From positions 1,620-65,619 of the forward strand of contig NZ_JAUYFA010000058.1 in NCBI RefSeq assembly GCF_030691135.1: a DNA stretch of 64,000 bases, given 5' to 3'. This document shows, piece by piece, positions 8,332-18,183 of the stretch (positions are counted from its first letter, which is position 1; the number at the start of each line of letters is the position of its first letter). The notes below the pieces were generated by a model that was not told the origin of the DNA, did not search any database, and worked only from the letters and a program-made list of their open reading frames with translations. The position numbers and the translations under genes were made by a program. This DNA is from Phreatobacter sp. Lineage in GTDB: Bacteria > Pseudomonadota > Alphaproteobacteria > Rhizobiales > Phreatobacteraceae.

Positions 8332-9116
8332 GCGACGTCGTCGTCAGGGGCGTTTCGCGCACCTTCCCCTCGGTGCGTGGCGGCGAGCCCGTCCAGGCGC
8401 TGTCACCGGTCGATCTCACGGTCGGGGAGGGCGATTTCGTCGCCATTCTCGGCCCCTCGGGCTGCGGCAAGTCGACCCTTCTGCGGATCGTCGCCGGTCT
8501 CGACCGGCCGACCACGGGAACCGTCACCCTCGACGGCAGGCCCGTTGCCGGCCCGGGCGCCGATCGCGGCATGGTGTTCCAGAGCTACACGCTCTTTCCC
8601 TGGCTGACAGTTGTCGAGAACATCGAGTTCGGCCCGCGCGAGCGCGGTGTGGCGGCGGCCGAGCGCCGCGCCACCGCCGAGAAGCTGATGGCGCAGGTGG
8701 GCCTCACCCAATTCGCCAACCACTATCCCAAGCAGCTCTCGGGGGGCATGCAGCAGCGCACCGCGCTCGCCCGGGCACTGGCCAATGATCCCAAGGTGCT
8801 GCTGCTCGACGAACCCTTCGGTGCGCTCGACCACCAGACCCGTTCGCTGATGCAGGAACTGCTGCTGTCGATCTGGGAGACGCACCGCAAGACCGTGCTC
8901 TTCGTCACCCACGACATCGAGGAAGCGGTGTTCATGGCCAACCGCGTGCTGGTGATGAGCGCCAGGCCCGGCCGCTTCAAGAGCGAGGTCCCGATACCCT
9001 TTGCTCACCCGCGGTCCTACAAGCTGAAGACCACGCCGGAGTTCGGCCGGCTGGAAGAACAGCTCACCGAGGATATCCGCGGCGAGACGATCATCGCCGT
9101 GCAGGCCGGGTTCTGA
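8328..9116 (+). CDS. NitT/TauT ABC transporter ATP-binding protein
   Basis: Walker A GPSGCGKST, signature LSGGMQQR, Walker B LLLDEPFGALD. Confidence 0.95.
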   Translation: MSDVVVRGVSRTFPSVRGGEPVQALSPVDLTVGEGDFVAILGPSGCGKSTLLRIVAGLDRPTTGTVTLDGRPVAGPGADRGMVFQSYTLFPWLTVVENIEFGPRERGVAAAERRATAEKLMAQVGLTQFANHYPKQLSGGMQQRTALARALANDPKVLLLDEPFGALDHQTRSLMQELLLSIWETHRKTVLFVTHDIEEAVFMANRVLVMSARPGRFKSEVPIPFAHPRSYKLKTTPEFGRLEEQLTEDIRGETIIAVQAGF

Positions 9117-9169
9117 GCGGCGGCGGTCGGCCGCGCCGGTCTCCCGGCGCCGCCGTCGCAACGGGCCGG

Positions 9170-9658
9170 TCAGGCCTCCTTGAATCCGTAGTCGGGAACG
9201 CCCTGCTCGTTGCCGTAATATTTGAACGGCAGGAACTTGCCGGACATGGAAATCTTCACCCGGTCGCCCTTCGGGTTCGGCTCGCGCTCGAACTCCATGT
9301 TGAAGTCGATGGCGGACATGATGCCGTCGCCGAACTCCTCCTCGATGATCGCCTTCCAGGCCGGGCCGTTGACCAGCACCAGCTCGTAGAAGCGGTAGAT
9401 CAGCGGATCGGTCGGCGGCATCGACGTGCCGGTGCCGCGATAGGGCACCTCGTTCAGCATCCGCTCCTCCATCGGCGTCAGGCCGAAGAGAGCGGCCGCC
9501 TTGGCGGCGAGCGGCTTGACCAGCTTGTGCTGGCCGAGCAGGGCGCCGATCACGAGCACCGGCGACATGCCGCCGATCTCGTCGGTGATGTGCTTCCAGG
9601 TCCAACCCTTCTCGCGCTTGATGTCGAGAATCTTTTCCGTGAGCTCTTCGCGGATCAT
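9170..9658 (-). CDS. cynS: Cyanase (cyanate hydratase)
   Basis: Signature motifs PPTDPLIYRFYELV, EEFGDGIMSAIDF and GKFLPF. Confidence 0.96.
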   Translation of the reverse strand: MIREELTEKILDIKREKGWTWKHITDEIGGMSPVLVIGALLGQHKLVKPLAAKAAALFGLTPMEERMLNEVPYRGTGTSMPPTDPLIYRFYELVLVNGPAWKAIIEEEFGDGIMSAIDFNMEFEREPNPKGDRVKISMSGKFLPFKYYGNEQGVPDYGFKEA

Positions 9659-9699
9659 GTCCGTCTCCTTGGGTATAACGGGGCAGGGGGTGGCGAGTG

Positions 9700-10596
9700 T
9701 CAGACGGCCCGGACCAGCGGGGGCGCGGCGTCGGGCGCACCCGGCGTGACGATCGGCGGGGCGCGGCGGTTCCAGACCCTGCCGGGCTGCGCGAGTTCCT
9801 CGGTGAAGCTCCTGGAGCGCGCCACGAGGAAGTCGATGATGTGATTGCGCACGGGGTAATAGGCCGGATGCTTGTGGACTTCGTTGCGTGAGCGATCAGC
9901 CGGCAAAGGATTTGCGACGATCTCGGCGATCCGGGCGTCCGGTCCATTGGTCATCAGCACGATCTTGTCGGCGAGATAGATGGCCTCGTCGACGTCGTGG
10001 GTGATCATGAACACGGTCTGGCCGGTATTGCGGCAGATGCCGCGCACCTCGTCCTGCAGCGTGCCGCGGGTGAGCGCGTCGAGGGCCGAGAAGGGCTCGT
10101 CCATCAGCATGATCTTCGGCTCGATCGACAGCGCCCGGGCGATGCCGACGCGCTGCTTCATGCCCCCAGAAAGCTGAGCCGGCTTCTTCATCTCGGCGCC
10201 CGTCAGACCGACGGTCGCAATCGCCTTGCGCGCATGCTCCTCGACCCTGGCCTTCGGCCAGTCACGCCATTTCGAGGAGACCGCATAGCTGACATTGCCG
10301 AGCACCGTCCGCCAGGGCAGGAGGCCGTGGCTCTGGAAGATGACGGCGCGGTCGAGGCTCGGGCCCTCGATCGCCTTGCCGTCGATGATGACTGCCCCCT
10401 CGCTCGTCTCGTCGAGCCCTGCGAGGATGTTGAGCACCGTCGTCTTGCCGCAGCCGGAATGGCCGATGACGCAGACGAACTCGCCGCGCTCCATGGCGAA
10501 CCAGAGGTCCTCGAAAATGGTGGTGCGACCGCCCTCGGGGGCGGGGAAACGGCGGGCGATGCCCTCGATGGAGATGTAGGAACGGGCCATCCGCAT
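9700..10596 (-). CDS. Nitrate/cyanate ABC transporter ATP-binding protein (NrtD/CynD-like)
   Basis: GHSGCGKTT, LSGGMKQRVGIARA, MDEPFSALDALTRG. Start ATG 10596 overlaps the permease stop (TGATG). Confidence 0.92.
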   Translation of the reverse strand: MRMARSYISIEGIARRFPAPEGGRTTIFEDLWFAMERGEFVCVIGHSGCGKTTVLNILAGLDETSEGAVIIDGKAIEGPSLDRAVIFQSHGLLPWRTVLGNVSYAVSSKWRDWPKARVEEHARKAIATVGLTGAEMKKPAQLSGGMKQRVGIARALSIEPKIMLMDEPFSALDALTRGTLQDEVRGICRNTGQTVFMITHDVDEAIYLADKIVLMTNGPDARIAEIVANPLPADRSRNEVHKHPAYYPVRNHIIDFLVARSRSFTEELAQPGRVWNRRAPPIVTPGAPDAAPPLVRAV

Positions 10597-11444
10597 CACT
10601 CCGGATAGGTCACGAGGCGGGTGAGGCGGGCGAGGATCTGGTCCAGCACCATGCCGACGAGGCCGATCAGCAGGATGGCCGTGATGATGTCGGTGAGCGA
10701 CAGGTTGTTCCACTGGTTCCAGACGAAGTAGCCGATGCCGGTACCGCCGACGAGCATTTCGGCTGCGACGATGACCAGCCAGGCGATGCCGACGGAAATG
10801 CGCATTCCCGTCAGAATGGTCGGCGCGGCGGCCGGCAGGATCACGGTGAAGGCCTTTCGCACCGGCCCGACCTCGAGGGTGCGCGCCACGTTCAGCCAGT
10901 CCTTGCGCACCGACGCGACCCCGAAGGCCGTGTTGATCAGCATCGGCCAGAGCGAGCAGATGAAGATGACGAAGATCGAGGAGAGCGAGGAATCCTTGAT
11001 CGTGTAGAGCGCGAGAGGCATCCAGGCGAGCGGCGAGATCGGCTTCATTACCTGGATGAAGGGGTCGAGAGCGCGATAGATGAGCGGCGACATCCCGATC
11101 AGGAAGCCGAGCGGCACGGCGACCGCCACGGCGATGCCGAAGCCGATGAGCACGCGGACCAGCGAATAGGCGAGCTGGATGCCGATGCCCATGTCGTTGG
11201 TGCCGCGGACGTAGAACGGGTCGGACAGGTGTTTCCAGATTGCCTTGCCGACGTCGATGGGTCCCGGCATCGGCGTCTGGCCGCCAGTGGCCGCCGCCGC
11301 TCCCACGAGCTTGGCGTATTCCGGATCGACCACCTGGCCGCCGCCGCCGCCGCCCGAGCCCACGGCGACGTGCCAGGCCGCCAGGAATATCGCGAGGATG
11401 ACGAGGGAGAGGACGAACGCCCTCGCACCGATCGAGCGGGTCAT
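10596..11444 (-). CDS. Nitrate/cyanate ABC transporter permease (NrtB/CynB-like)
   Basis: DPFYVRGTNDMGIGIQL, PISPLAWMPL and IAWLVIVAAEML are typical of the NrtB family. Confidence 0.92.
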   Translation of the reverse strand: MTRSIGARAFVLSLVILAIFLAAWHVAVGSGGGGGGQVVDPEYAKLVGAAAATGGQTPMPGPIDVGKAIWKHLSDPFYVRGTNDMGIGIQLAYSLVRVLIGFGIAVAVAVPLGFLIGMSPLIYRALDPFIQVMKPISPLAWMPLALYTIKDSSLSSIFVIFICSLWPMLINTAFGVASVRKDWLNVARTLEVGPVRKAFTVILPAAAPTILTGMRISVGIAWLVIVAAEMLVGGTGIGYFVWNQWNNLSLTDIITAILLIGLVGMVLDQILARLTRLVTYPE

Positions 11445-11469
11445 GGCCGGGCCTCCTGCATGGCGGGTG

Positions 11470-11934
11470 TCACAATCCGAGCTCCGTCAGGCCGGGGGCA
11501 TCGGCGGGGCGTATGCCGAGCGGCCAGGTGAACCTGCGATCGGCCTCGCCGATCGGCACGTCGTTGATGCTGGCCTCGCGCCGCTCCATGAAGCCCGCGG
11601 CGTCGAACTGCCACTGTTCGTTGCCGCAGGAGCGGAACCAGGCCCCGGAAGCATCGTGCCATTCGTACTGGAAGCGCACGGCGATCCGGTTCTCGTGGAA
11701 GGCCCAGAGCTCCTTGATCAGGCGATAGTCCATCTCCTTCGCCCATTTGGCGACGAGGAAGGATCGGATCGCCGGACGGCCCGTGAAGAACTCGGACCGG
11801 TTCCGCCAGGTGCTGTCCTCGGTATAGGCGAGCGCCACCCGTTCGGGATCGCGGGTGTTCCACGCGTCCTCGGCGGCGCGCACCTTCTGGTGCGCCGTTT
11901 CCAGCGTGAAAGGCGGAACGGGAGGCCGGGTCAT
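11470..11934 (-). CDS. DUF1348 / NTF2-SnoaL-like family protein
   Basis: [54 protein letters not shown] and REASIND. Start ATG 11934. Confidence 0.88.
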   Translation of the reverse strand: MTRPPVPPFTLETAHQKVRAAEDAWNTRDPERVALAYTEDSTWRNRSEFFTGRPAIRSFLVAKWAKEMDYRLIKELWAFHENRIAVRFQYEWHDASGAWFRSCGNEQWQFDAAGFMERREASINDVPIGEADRRFTWPLGIRPADAPGLTELGL

Positions 11935-11957
11935 CGGGGTGGGTCCTGGCGTGCCTG

Positions 11958-13337
11958 TCAGCGCCTGATGGCGAAGGAGGCGATGTACTCCTCGGGCTTC
12001 GCCGGATCGAAGGGCTTGCCCATGACCGAGAAGGTCTTGCTGGTCGTCTCGGGCGGGGTCAGGCCGAGTTCCCTCATCATTGCCGCCGCGTCGGTGGCCA
12101 GGAACACCTGCCGGGTTATGCCGTTGTAGTCGACATCGCCGCGGATCTGGCCCCAGCGCTTCATCTGGGTGAGGATCCACACCGAGAAGCTCTCCCACGG
12201 GAAGGGATCGAACTGGATGCGGTTCGGGTCGCGTTTCACCTGGCCGAGGCCATCGGCATAGGTGCCGGTGAGGATCTGCTCCAGCACCGTGACCGGCTGG
12301 TTGAGATAGTTAGGTGCGGCGATGGCCGTGGCGATCTCCCTGCGGTTCTCCGCCTTCTGCGCATGGGCGGTGGCGTCGATGATCGCCTTCAGAAGGGCAC
12401 GGTAGGTGTTCGGCAGGGTAGTGACGAATTCGCGGCTGGCCGCGAAGGCGCAGCAGGGATGGCCGTCCCACAGTTCCTTCGACAGCAGGTGGATGAAGCC
12501 GACGCCGTCGAAGACCGCGCGCTGGTTGAACGGATCCGGGCCGAGGAAGCCGTCGATATTGTCGGCGCGCAGGTTGGCGACCATTTCCGGCGGCGGCACC
12601 GAGCGGATCTGCACGTCGCGATCGGGGTCCAGGCCGGCCTCGGCGAGGTAGTAGCGCAAGAGGTAGTTGTGGATCGAGAAGTCGAAGGGCACGGCGAAGC
12701 GGAAGCCCTTCCAGTCCTTTGGGTCGCGCTTGTCCTTGTGCTTGTTGGCGAGGGTGATGGCCTGGCCGTTGATGTTCTCGATGGCCGAGACCGAATAAGG
12801 GATCGGGTTGGAGCCGACGCCCATGGTGATGGCGAGCGGCATCGGCGCCAGCATGTGGGCGGCGTCATATTCCTTGTTGATGGTCTTGTCGCGGATGACG
12901 GCCCAGCCGGCCGTGCGCACCACCTCCACGTTCAGACCGTGCTTCGAATAGAATCCGAGCGGATGGGCCATGATGATGGGCGTCGCGCAGGTGATCGGGA
13001 TGAAGCCGACCTTGAGGTCTTTCTTCTCGATCGGACCGGTCTGGGCGAGGGCCTCGGTCGCCGCGCCGATGGGGAAGAAGGTTGCAATGGCGGCGGCCGC
13101 CGTCGTGGCACCCACCGCTTTCAGGAAGGCACGGCGCTGGTGATCCTGCGGAAACAGCGCCCGCATCACCGCCTGCTCGACGATGCGGCGATAGCGGCTT
13201 TCCTCGCCGGCCGCCTCGACGGCGACCGCCTCGGCCTTAATCTCGGCCTCATGCTCGGTATCGGAGGCGTGGCGCCCGCAGACGCAGCCCTTGAGGAACT
13301 TTTTCGCGGCATTGAAGGGATTGTCGAACAGAGCCAT
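11958..13337 (-). CDS. CmpA/NrtA family ABC substrate-binding protein (probably cyanate, CynA-like)
   Basis: [51 protein letters not shown]. Internal Tat motif RRAFLK. Same operon as cynS. Confidence 0.9.
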   Translation of the reverse strand: MALFDNPFNAAKKFLKGCVCGRHASDTEHEAEIKAEAVAVEAAGEESRYRRIVEQAVMRALFPQDHQRRAFLKAVGATTAAAAIATFFPIGAATEALAQTGPIEKKDLKVGFIPITCATPIIMAHPLGFYSKHGLNVEVVRTAGWAVIRDKTINKEYDAAHMLAPMPLAITMGVGSNPIPYSVSAIENINGQAITLANKHKDKRDPKDWKGFRFAVPFDFSIHNYLLRYYLAEAGLDPDRDVQIRSVPPPEMVANLRADNIDGFLGPDPFNQRAVFDGVGFIHLLSKELWDGHPCCAFAASREFVTTLPNTYRALLKAIIDATAHAQKAENRREIATAIAAPNYLNQPVTVLEQILTGTYADGLGQVKRDPNRIQFDPFPWESFSVWILTQMKRWGQIRGDVDYNGITRQVFLATDAAAMMRELGLTPPETTSKTFSVMGKPFDPAKPEEYIASFAIRR

Positions 13338-13391
13338 GGGTCGTCCTCAGGGTTCCGGCGTTCGGCGCCTCGGCTTCACTGAGACTGGTCA

Positions 13392-13408
13392 AGCAAGGTT
13401 GGGGCCAG
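13392..13408 (-). promoter_or_regulatory. Sigma-54 (-24/-12) promoter of the cyanate operon
   Basis: Minus strand reads CTGGCCCCAACCTTGCT (TGGC-N7-TTGCT, exact GG-N10-GC spacing), about 55 bp before the SBP start and next to a sigma-54 activator gene. Confidence 0.8.
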
Positions 13409-13465
13409 TGCGCGGGCCCGTGAGAAAGCGGACAAAATGGCGGATACCCGCCGGTTCGCGTGACA

Positions 13466-13516
13466 ACGAAAATTCGTGATTGACGAAAGATCGGGATCAA
13501 GAGCACGAATAGTCGT
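13466..13516. promoter_or_regulatory. Three ACGA-N4-TCG(T/G) palindromes: likely enhancer (UAS) sites of the adjacent activator
   Basis: ACGAAAATTCGT 13466-13477, ACGAAAGATCGG 13483-13494, ACGAATAGTCGT 13505-13516, in an AT-rich patch about 60-110 bp upstream of the -24 box. Confidence 0.7.
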
Positions 13517-13534
13517 GAAATTGGAGACCCGCGC

Positions 13535-15472
13535 ATGGCCAGTGCCGCATCGTCATCCGCCGCACCGTCCCTTGCCGCGGGGTCGTCCTTCGGGCCGGCC
13601 TTCGACAGCCTGTCCGATGTGGCCGTCGTGGTCGACCCGCGGTCGGGGGCGATCCGCGACGCCAATCCCGCAGCGCAGCATCTGCTCGGCTATCCGGTGG
13701 CGGTGCTGCGGACGCTGAAGATCACCGATCTCCACCGGGGCCAGCGTCCGGCGCTCGTCGTCTTCACCGAGGAGGTCCTGCACCGCGGCCGGGCCTTCAC
13801 CCGCAGCCTGACCCCGCTGAAGGCCGGCGGCGGCGAGTTGCGGCTCGAATATGCCGGCACCGTGCTGCCGGCGGCCGATGGCCCGCTCGTTCTCCTCACC
13901 ATGGCGGATCTGGCGGCGCGCCATCGCCGCGACGTCGACGCCGATGCCGACGGCACGCTGCGCCAGGGGATCGACGAGTGGAAACGGGTCGAGCGGCTCT
14001 TCCACACGATCGAGAAGGAGAACCAGCTCATCCTCAAGGCAGCCGGCGAGGGCATCTATGGCGTCAACGCCGACGGCAAGACCACCTTCGTCAATCCGGC
14101 AGCGGAGGCGCTGCTCGGCTGGACGGCCGAGGAACTGGTCGGCAAGGACATGCACTCCCTGGTGCACCATCACCGCGCCGACGGCACGCCCTATCCCAAC
14201 CACGACTGCCCGATCTATGCCGCCTTCCGCAACGGCGCCGTCCAGACCGTGGCGGGCGAGGTGTTCTGGCGCAAGGACGGCACGCCGCTCTGGGTGGAAT
14301 ATACCTCGACACCGATCCGCGAGCGCGGCGCCATCATCGGCGCCGTCATCGTCTTTCGCGACGTCAGCCGTCGCCGCGAGGCCGAGGAGAAGCTGCGGCA
14401 GGCGCTCGCCGAGGTCGATACGCTGCGCCAGCGGCTGGAGCGGGAGAACGCCTATCTGCAGGAGGAAATCCGCATCGAGAGCAACCACCGCGGCATCATC
14501 GGCCGCTCGGCGGCGATCCAGAAGACGCTGCGCCAGATCGACCTCGTCGCCCCGACCGACGCCACGGTCCTGGTCACTGGCGAATCCGGCACCGGCAAGG
14601 AACTGATCGGCCGCGCCATCCACGAGGCGAGCGCGCGCCGGGACCGGCCGCTGATCCGCGTCAACTGCGCAGCCATTCCGCGCGAACTCTTCGAGAGCGA
14701 ATTCTTCGGCCATGTCAGGGGCGCCTTCACCGGCGCCCTGCGCGACCGCCTCGGCCGCTTCGAACTCGCCGACGGCGGCACGCTCTTCCTCGACGAGGTC
14801 GGCGAGATCCCGCTGGAGCTGCAAGGCAAGCTCCTGCGCATCCTGCAGGAAGGCCAGTTCGAACGCGTCGGCGAGGAGCGCACCCGTAGTGTCGACGTCC
14901 GCGTCATCGCCGCGACCAACCGCGACCTCAGGGCCGATGTGAGGGCAGGGCGCTTCCGCGAGGATCTTTATTTCCGCCTCGACGTCTTTCCCATCCATTC
15001 CGTGCCGCTGCGCGAGCGGGTTGACGACGTCGCGTCGCTGGCGCTGCATTTCCTCCGCCACGCCGAGCGCAAGCTGAAGACTTCCGGGCTCGGCCTGTCG
15101 GAGGCTGACGTTCGCCGCCTCGCCGGCTATGCCTGGCCGGGCAATGTGCGTGAATTGCAGAACGTCATCGAAAGGGCAGCCATCCTCGCCCGCAACGGCC
15201 GCCTGATGATCGACCTGCCGGGTTCGTCGATCCGCCTACCGGTGCCCGGGCCCCTCGCGCCGGCCGGCCCTGGCGTTCTGACCGAGGAGAATCGCCGGGC
15301 CCGCGACCGTCACAACCTCGTCGCCGCCCTGGAACTGGCGGGAGGCAAGGTATCCGGTCCGGGCGGCGCGGCGGAGCGTCTTGGCCTCCGCCCGACCACC
15401 TTCGCCTCGCGGCTCAAGGTTCACGGCCTCGATGCCCGCACCTATCGGGACGGGTCCCGTCCGACCCGCTGA
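13535..15472 (+). CDS. PAS-PAS sigma-54-dependent Fis-family transcriptional activator (bEBP)
   Basis: Two PAS-like regions, Walker [39 protein letters not shown] and a C-terminal HTH (GAAERLGL). Confidence 0.95.
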   Translation: MASAASSSAAPSLAAGSSFGPAFDSLSDVAVVVDPRSGAIRDANPAAQHLLGYPVAVLRTLKITDLHRGQRPALVVFTEEVLHRGRAFTRSLTPLKAGGGELRLEYAGTVLPAADGPLVLLTMADLAARHRRDVDADADGTLRQGIDEWKRVERLFHTIEKENQLILKAAGEGIYGVNADGKTTFVNPAAEALLGWTAEELVGKDMHSLVHHHRADGTPYPNHDCPIYAAFRNGAVQTVAGEVFWRKDGTPLWVEYTSTPIRERGAIIGAVIVFRDVSRRREAEEKLRQALAEVDTLRQRLERENAYLQEEIRIESNHRGIIGRSAAIQKTLRQIDLVAPTDATVLVTGESGTGKELIGRAIHEASARRDRPLIRVNCAAIPRELFESEFFGHVRGAFTGALRDRLGRFELADGGTLFLDEVGEIPLELQGKLLRILQEGQFERVGEERTRSVDVRVIAATNRDLRADVRAGRFREDLYFRLDVFPIHSVPLRERVDDVASLALHFLRHAERKLKTSGLGLSEADVRRLAGYAWPGNVRELQNVIERAAILARNGRLMIDLPGSSIRLPVPGPLAPAGPGVLTEENRRARDRHNLVAALELAGGKVSGPGGAAERLGLRPTTFASRLKVHGLDARTYRDGSRPTR

Positions 15473-15840
15473 ATGACCGCCCTGCGCAAAACGTGGTGCG
15501 GCAGATTGCCGCGCGTGTCGTTCAGAGGCCGCAGGATGTCGCGCCCGCTGCCCGTTCGATGGGCATGTGGTCTCCGTTGATCCCGGCAGGGAACCCAGAT
15601 GCGGCGACCATCAGGCCGGCTGCTGACCGGCCTCTGCCACGCAATACGGCAAAAACGGGTCAGCCTGCGCAATCGATAAACAGCCCTGATGCAAATTGTC
15701 ACAGATATTGATGCCCCCGTTGAAAACGTAAAGGAACAATTTCAGAACTTACCAGGGCTCGCGGGCGTTCCGGGAGCGAGGTGGTTTTACCGGCGGCCGC
15801 CGCTCCGGCTGGTCCGCAGGTTTTTACAGGAGAGTAACGA

Positions 15841-16875
15841 ATGATCAGGAATTTCGTCCTGGCGGGCCTCGCGGCCGCGGCCTTCGTGTTCGGCCCGACG
15901 GCCGCAGAAGCCGGCCGTGACCTCGACGCCATCAAGGCCCGCGGTACGCTCCGCTGCGGCGTGCAGGGCCCGTCCAACCCCGGCTTCGGTGTGCCGAACG
16001 CCCAGGGCGTCTGGGGCGGCTTCAACGTCGAGGTCTGCCGTGCCATCGCCATCGCCATCTTCAACGACCCGTCCAAGGTCGAGTTCGTGCCGGTGACGAC
16101 GCAGTCGCGCTTCCCGGCCCTGACCAACGGCGAAGTCGACGTCCTGTCGAGCAACACGACCTGGACCCTGACCCGCGACACCGGTGTCAACCGCTTCAAC
16201 TTCCCGGCCATCGTCTTCTATGACGGCCAGGCCATCATGGTTCCGCGGCGCCTGAACGTCACCTCGGCCCGCGGGCTGAATGGTGCCACCGTCTGCGTCC
16301 AGCCGGGCACCACGACCGAACTGAACCTCGCGGACTTCTTCCGCCAGCACAACATGACGTTCCGTCCCGTCGTCATCGAGGCGCTGGACGAACTGCGCCG
16401 CGCCTATGACCAGGGCCGCTGCGACATCTTCACCAACGACTTCGCCGCGCTCGCCGCGCAGCGCACGCTGCTCAGCAACCCGCGCGACCACGTGATCCTG
16501 CCGGAGCGTATCTCGAAGGAGCCCCTCGCCCCGACCATCCGTCAGGGCGACGAAGAGTTCACCAACATCGTCGCCTGGACGGTCTTCGCCCTGATCGACG
16601 CCGAGGAATTCGGCATCACCCAGGCCAATGTCGACCAGATCGCTGGTTCTGCCACCGATCCGCGCATCCGTCGCCTGCTTGGCGTCGAGCCCGGCATGGG
16701 CACGGCGATCGGCGCGGCCAACGACCAGTATGCCCGCACCATCATCAAGGCCTTCGGCAATTACGGCGAGATGTTCGAGCGTCACCTCGGCGTCAACACG
16801 CCGCTCGGCCTGGAGCGCGGTCACAACAACATCTGGACCAAGGGCGGCCTGCTTTACGCCCCGCCGGCCCGTTGA
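15841..16875 (+). CDS. aapJ: General L-amino acid ABC transporter substrate-binding protein (AapJ/BztA)
   Basis: RGTLRCGV, NTTWTLTRD, FYDGQ, CVQPGTTTELNLADFF, ISKEPL, GNYGEMFERHLG, GGLLYAPP. AGGAG RBS. Confidence 0.92.
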   Translation: MIRNFVLAGLAAAAFVFGPTAAEAGRDLDAIKARGTLRCGVQGPSNPGFGVPNAQGVWGGFNVEVCRAIAIAIFNDPSKVEFVPVTTQSRFPALTNGEVDVLSSNTTWTLTRDTGVNRFNFPAIVFYDGQAIMVPRRLNVTSARGLNGATVCVQPGTTTELNLADFFRQHNMTFRPVVIEALDELRRAYDQGRCDIFTNDFAALAAQRTLLSNPRDHVILPERISKEPLAPTIRQGDEEFTNIVAWTVFALIDAEEFGITQANVDQIAGSATDPRIRRLLGVEPGMGTAIGAANDQYARTIIKAFGNYGEMFERHLGVNTPLGLERGHNNIWTKGGLLYAPPAR

Positions 16876-16909
16876 CCGGCCATAATGCCGAACTCCGGCT
16901 GTCATGACC

Positions 16910-16935
16910 AACCGGGGCGCGCGAGCGCCCCGGTT
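16910..16935 (+). terminator. Intercistronic stem-loop after aapJ
   Basis: Perfect 11-bp stem AACCGGGGCGC-GCGA-GCGCCCCGGTT with a GNRA loop, followed by CCTCTTT. Confidence 0.65.
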
Positions 16936-17000
16936 CCTCTTTGCCGGGCATGCTTCTTGCGTGCCTTCTTCCGTGCCACCGGCACCCTGGAAGCCTTGAC

Positions 17001-18179
17001 ATGAGCACGATCGAGACCCCCCCGGCAGCGAAGACGGCGTTCTGGAACGATCCGGTCAAGCGCGGTCTGGCGCTGCAGTCGATCCTCGTCGTCTTCGTCC
17101 TCGTCGTCGTCTGGGCGGCCTGGAACAACATGTCCGCCAACATGGTGGCGCGTGGTCTGATCTTCGGCTGGGATTACCTCGGCCGTCCCGCCAATTTTGC
17201 CATCGGCGAGGGGCTCATCCCCTTCGCGCCGACCGACAGCTACGGTCGTGCCTTGTTCGTCGGCCTGCTCAACACACTGCGGATCGCGGTGGTCGGGATC
17301 ATTCTCGCCACCCTGCTCGGGGTCGCGCTCGGCGTCATGCGCCTGTCCTCAAACCCGCTGCTGGCGCGCCTGGTCTCCGGCTATGTCGAGGTCGTGCGCA
17401 ACACGCCGCTGCTGCTGCAACTCTTCCTCTGGTACGCCATCATCAATGCCCTTCCGGGTCCGCGACAGGCCCTGCCGCTGGGGCCGGGCATGTTCCTGTC
17501 GAACCGCGGCCTGAAGGTGCCGTGGGTCGAATGGTCGCCTGCGCTCTGGCCCGTCATCTGGGCCCTCGTCGCCGGCATCGTCGGCGCCTTCATCGCGGCC
17601 CGTGCGCTGCAGCGGCGCCGCGAGGCCACCGGCGACGCGCCGCCGACCTTGCCGATCGCCGCCGCGCTGATCATCGGCCTTCCGTTCCTGACACTGGCCG
17701 CGCAGGGCTTCCCCGCGACCCTGAGCGTTCCGGTTCTCCAGGGCTTCAACTTCACCGGCGGCATCGAACTCTCGCCCGAATTCGTTGCCCTTCTGCTCGG
17801 CCTTGTCCTCTACACCGCTGCCTTCATCGCCGAGATCGTCCGCGGCGGCATCGTTTCGGTCTACAAGGGCCAGTGGGAGGCAGCCCGGGCCCTGGGTCTG
17901 CCGGCGCCGCGCATCATGCGGCTCGTCATCCTGCCGCAGGCGCTGCGGGTGATCATCCCGCCACTCACCAGCCAGTATCTCAACCTCACCAAGAACTCGT
18001 CGCTGGCTGTAGCGATCGGCTACCCCGAGCTCGTCCACGTCTCCAACACGACGATGAATCAGACCGGTCGCGCCGTGGAGGTGATCCTTGTCTTCGCCCT
18101 GGTCTACCTGACGATCTCGCTTCTGACCTCGGGCTTCATGAATTGGTATAACGGCCGTGTCGCGATCCGGGAGCGCTGA
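17001..18179 (+). CDS. aapQ: General L-amino acid ABC transporter permease (AapQ/BztB)
   Basis: GLLNTL, RNTPLLLQLF, YTAAFIAEIVRGGI, SQYLNLTKNSSLAVAIGYP. Confidence 0.92.
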   Translation: MSTIETPPAAKTAFWNDPVKRGLALQSILVVFVLVVVWAAWNNMSANMVARGLIFGWDYLGRPANFAIGEGLIPFAPTDSYGRALFVGLLNTLRIAVVGIILATLLGVALGVMRLSSNPLLARLVSGYVEVVRNTPLLLQLFLWYAIINALPGPRQALPLGPGMFLSNRGLKVPWVEWSPALWPVIWALVAGIVGAFIAARALQRRREATGDAPPTLPIAAALIIGLPFLTLAAQGFPATLSVPVLQGFNFTGGIELSPEFVALLLGLVLYTAAFIAEIVRGGIVSVYKGQWEAARALGLPAPRIMRLVILPQALRVIIPPLTSQYLNLTKNSSLAVAIGYPELVHVSNTTMNQTGRAVEVILVFALVYLTISLLTSGFMNWYNGRVAIRER

Positions 18180-18183
18180 TGCC

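Noticed and set aside
9700..13337. Calling the NrtA/B/D-like system a nitrate or bicarbonate transporter
   Set aside because: No nitrate/nitrite reductase or carbon-fixation genes are nearby and the operon ends in cynS, so cyanate is more likely. The ligand remains unproven.
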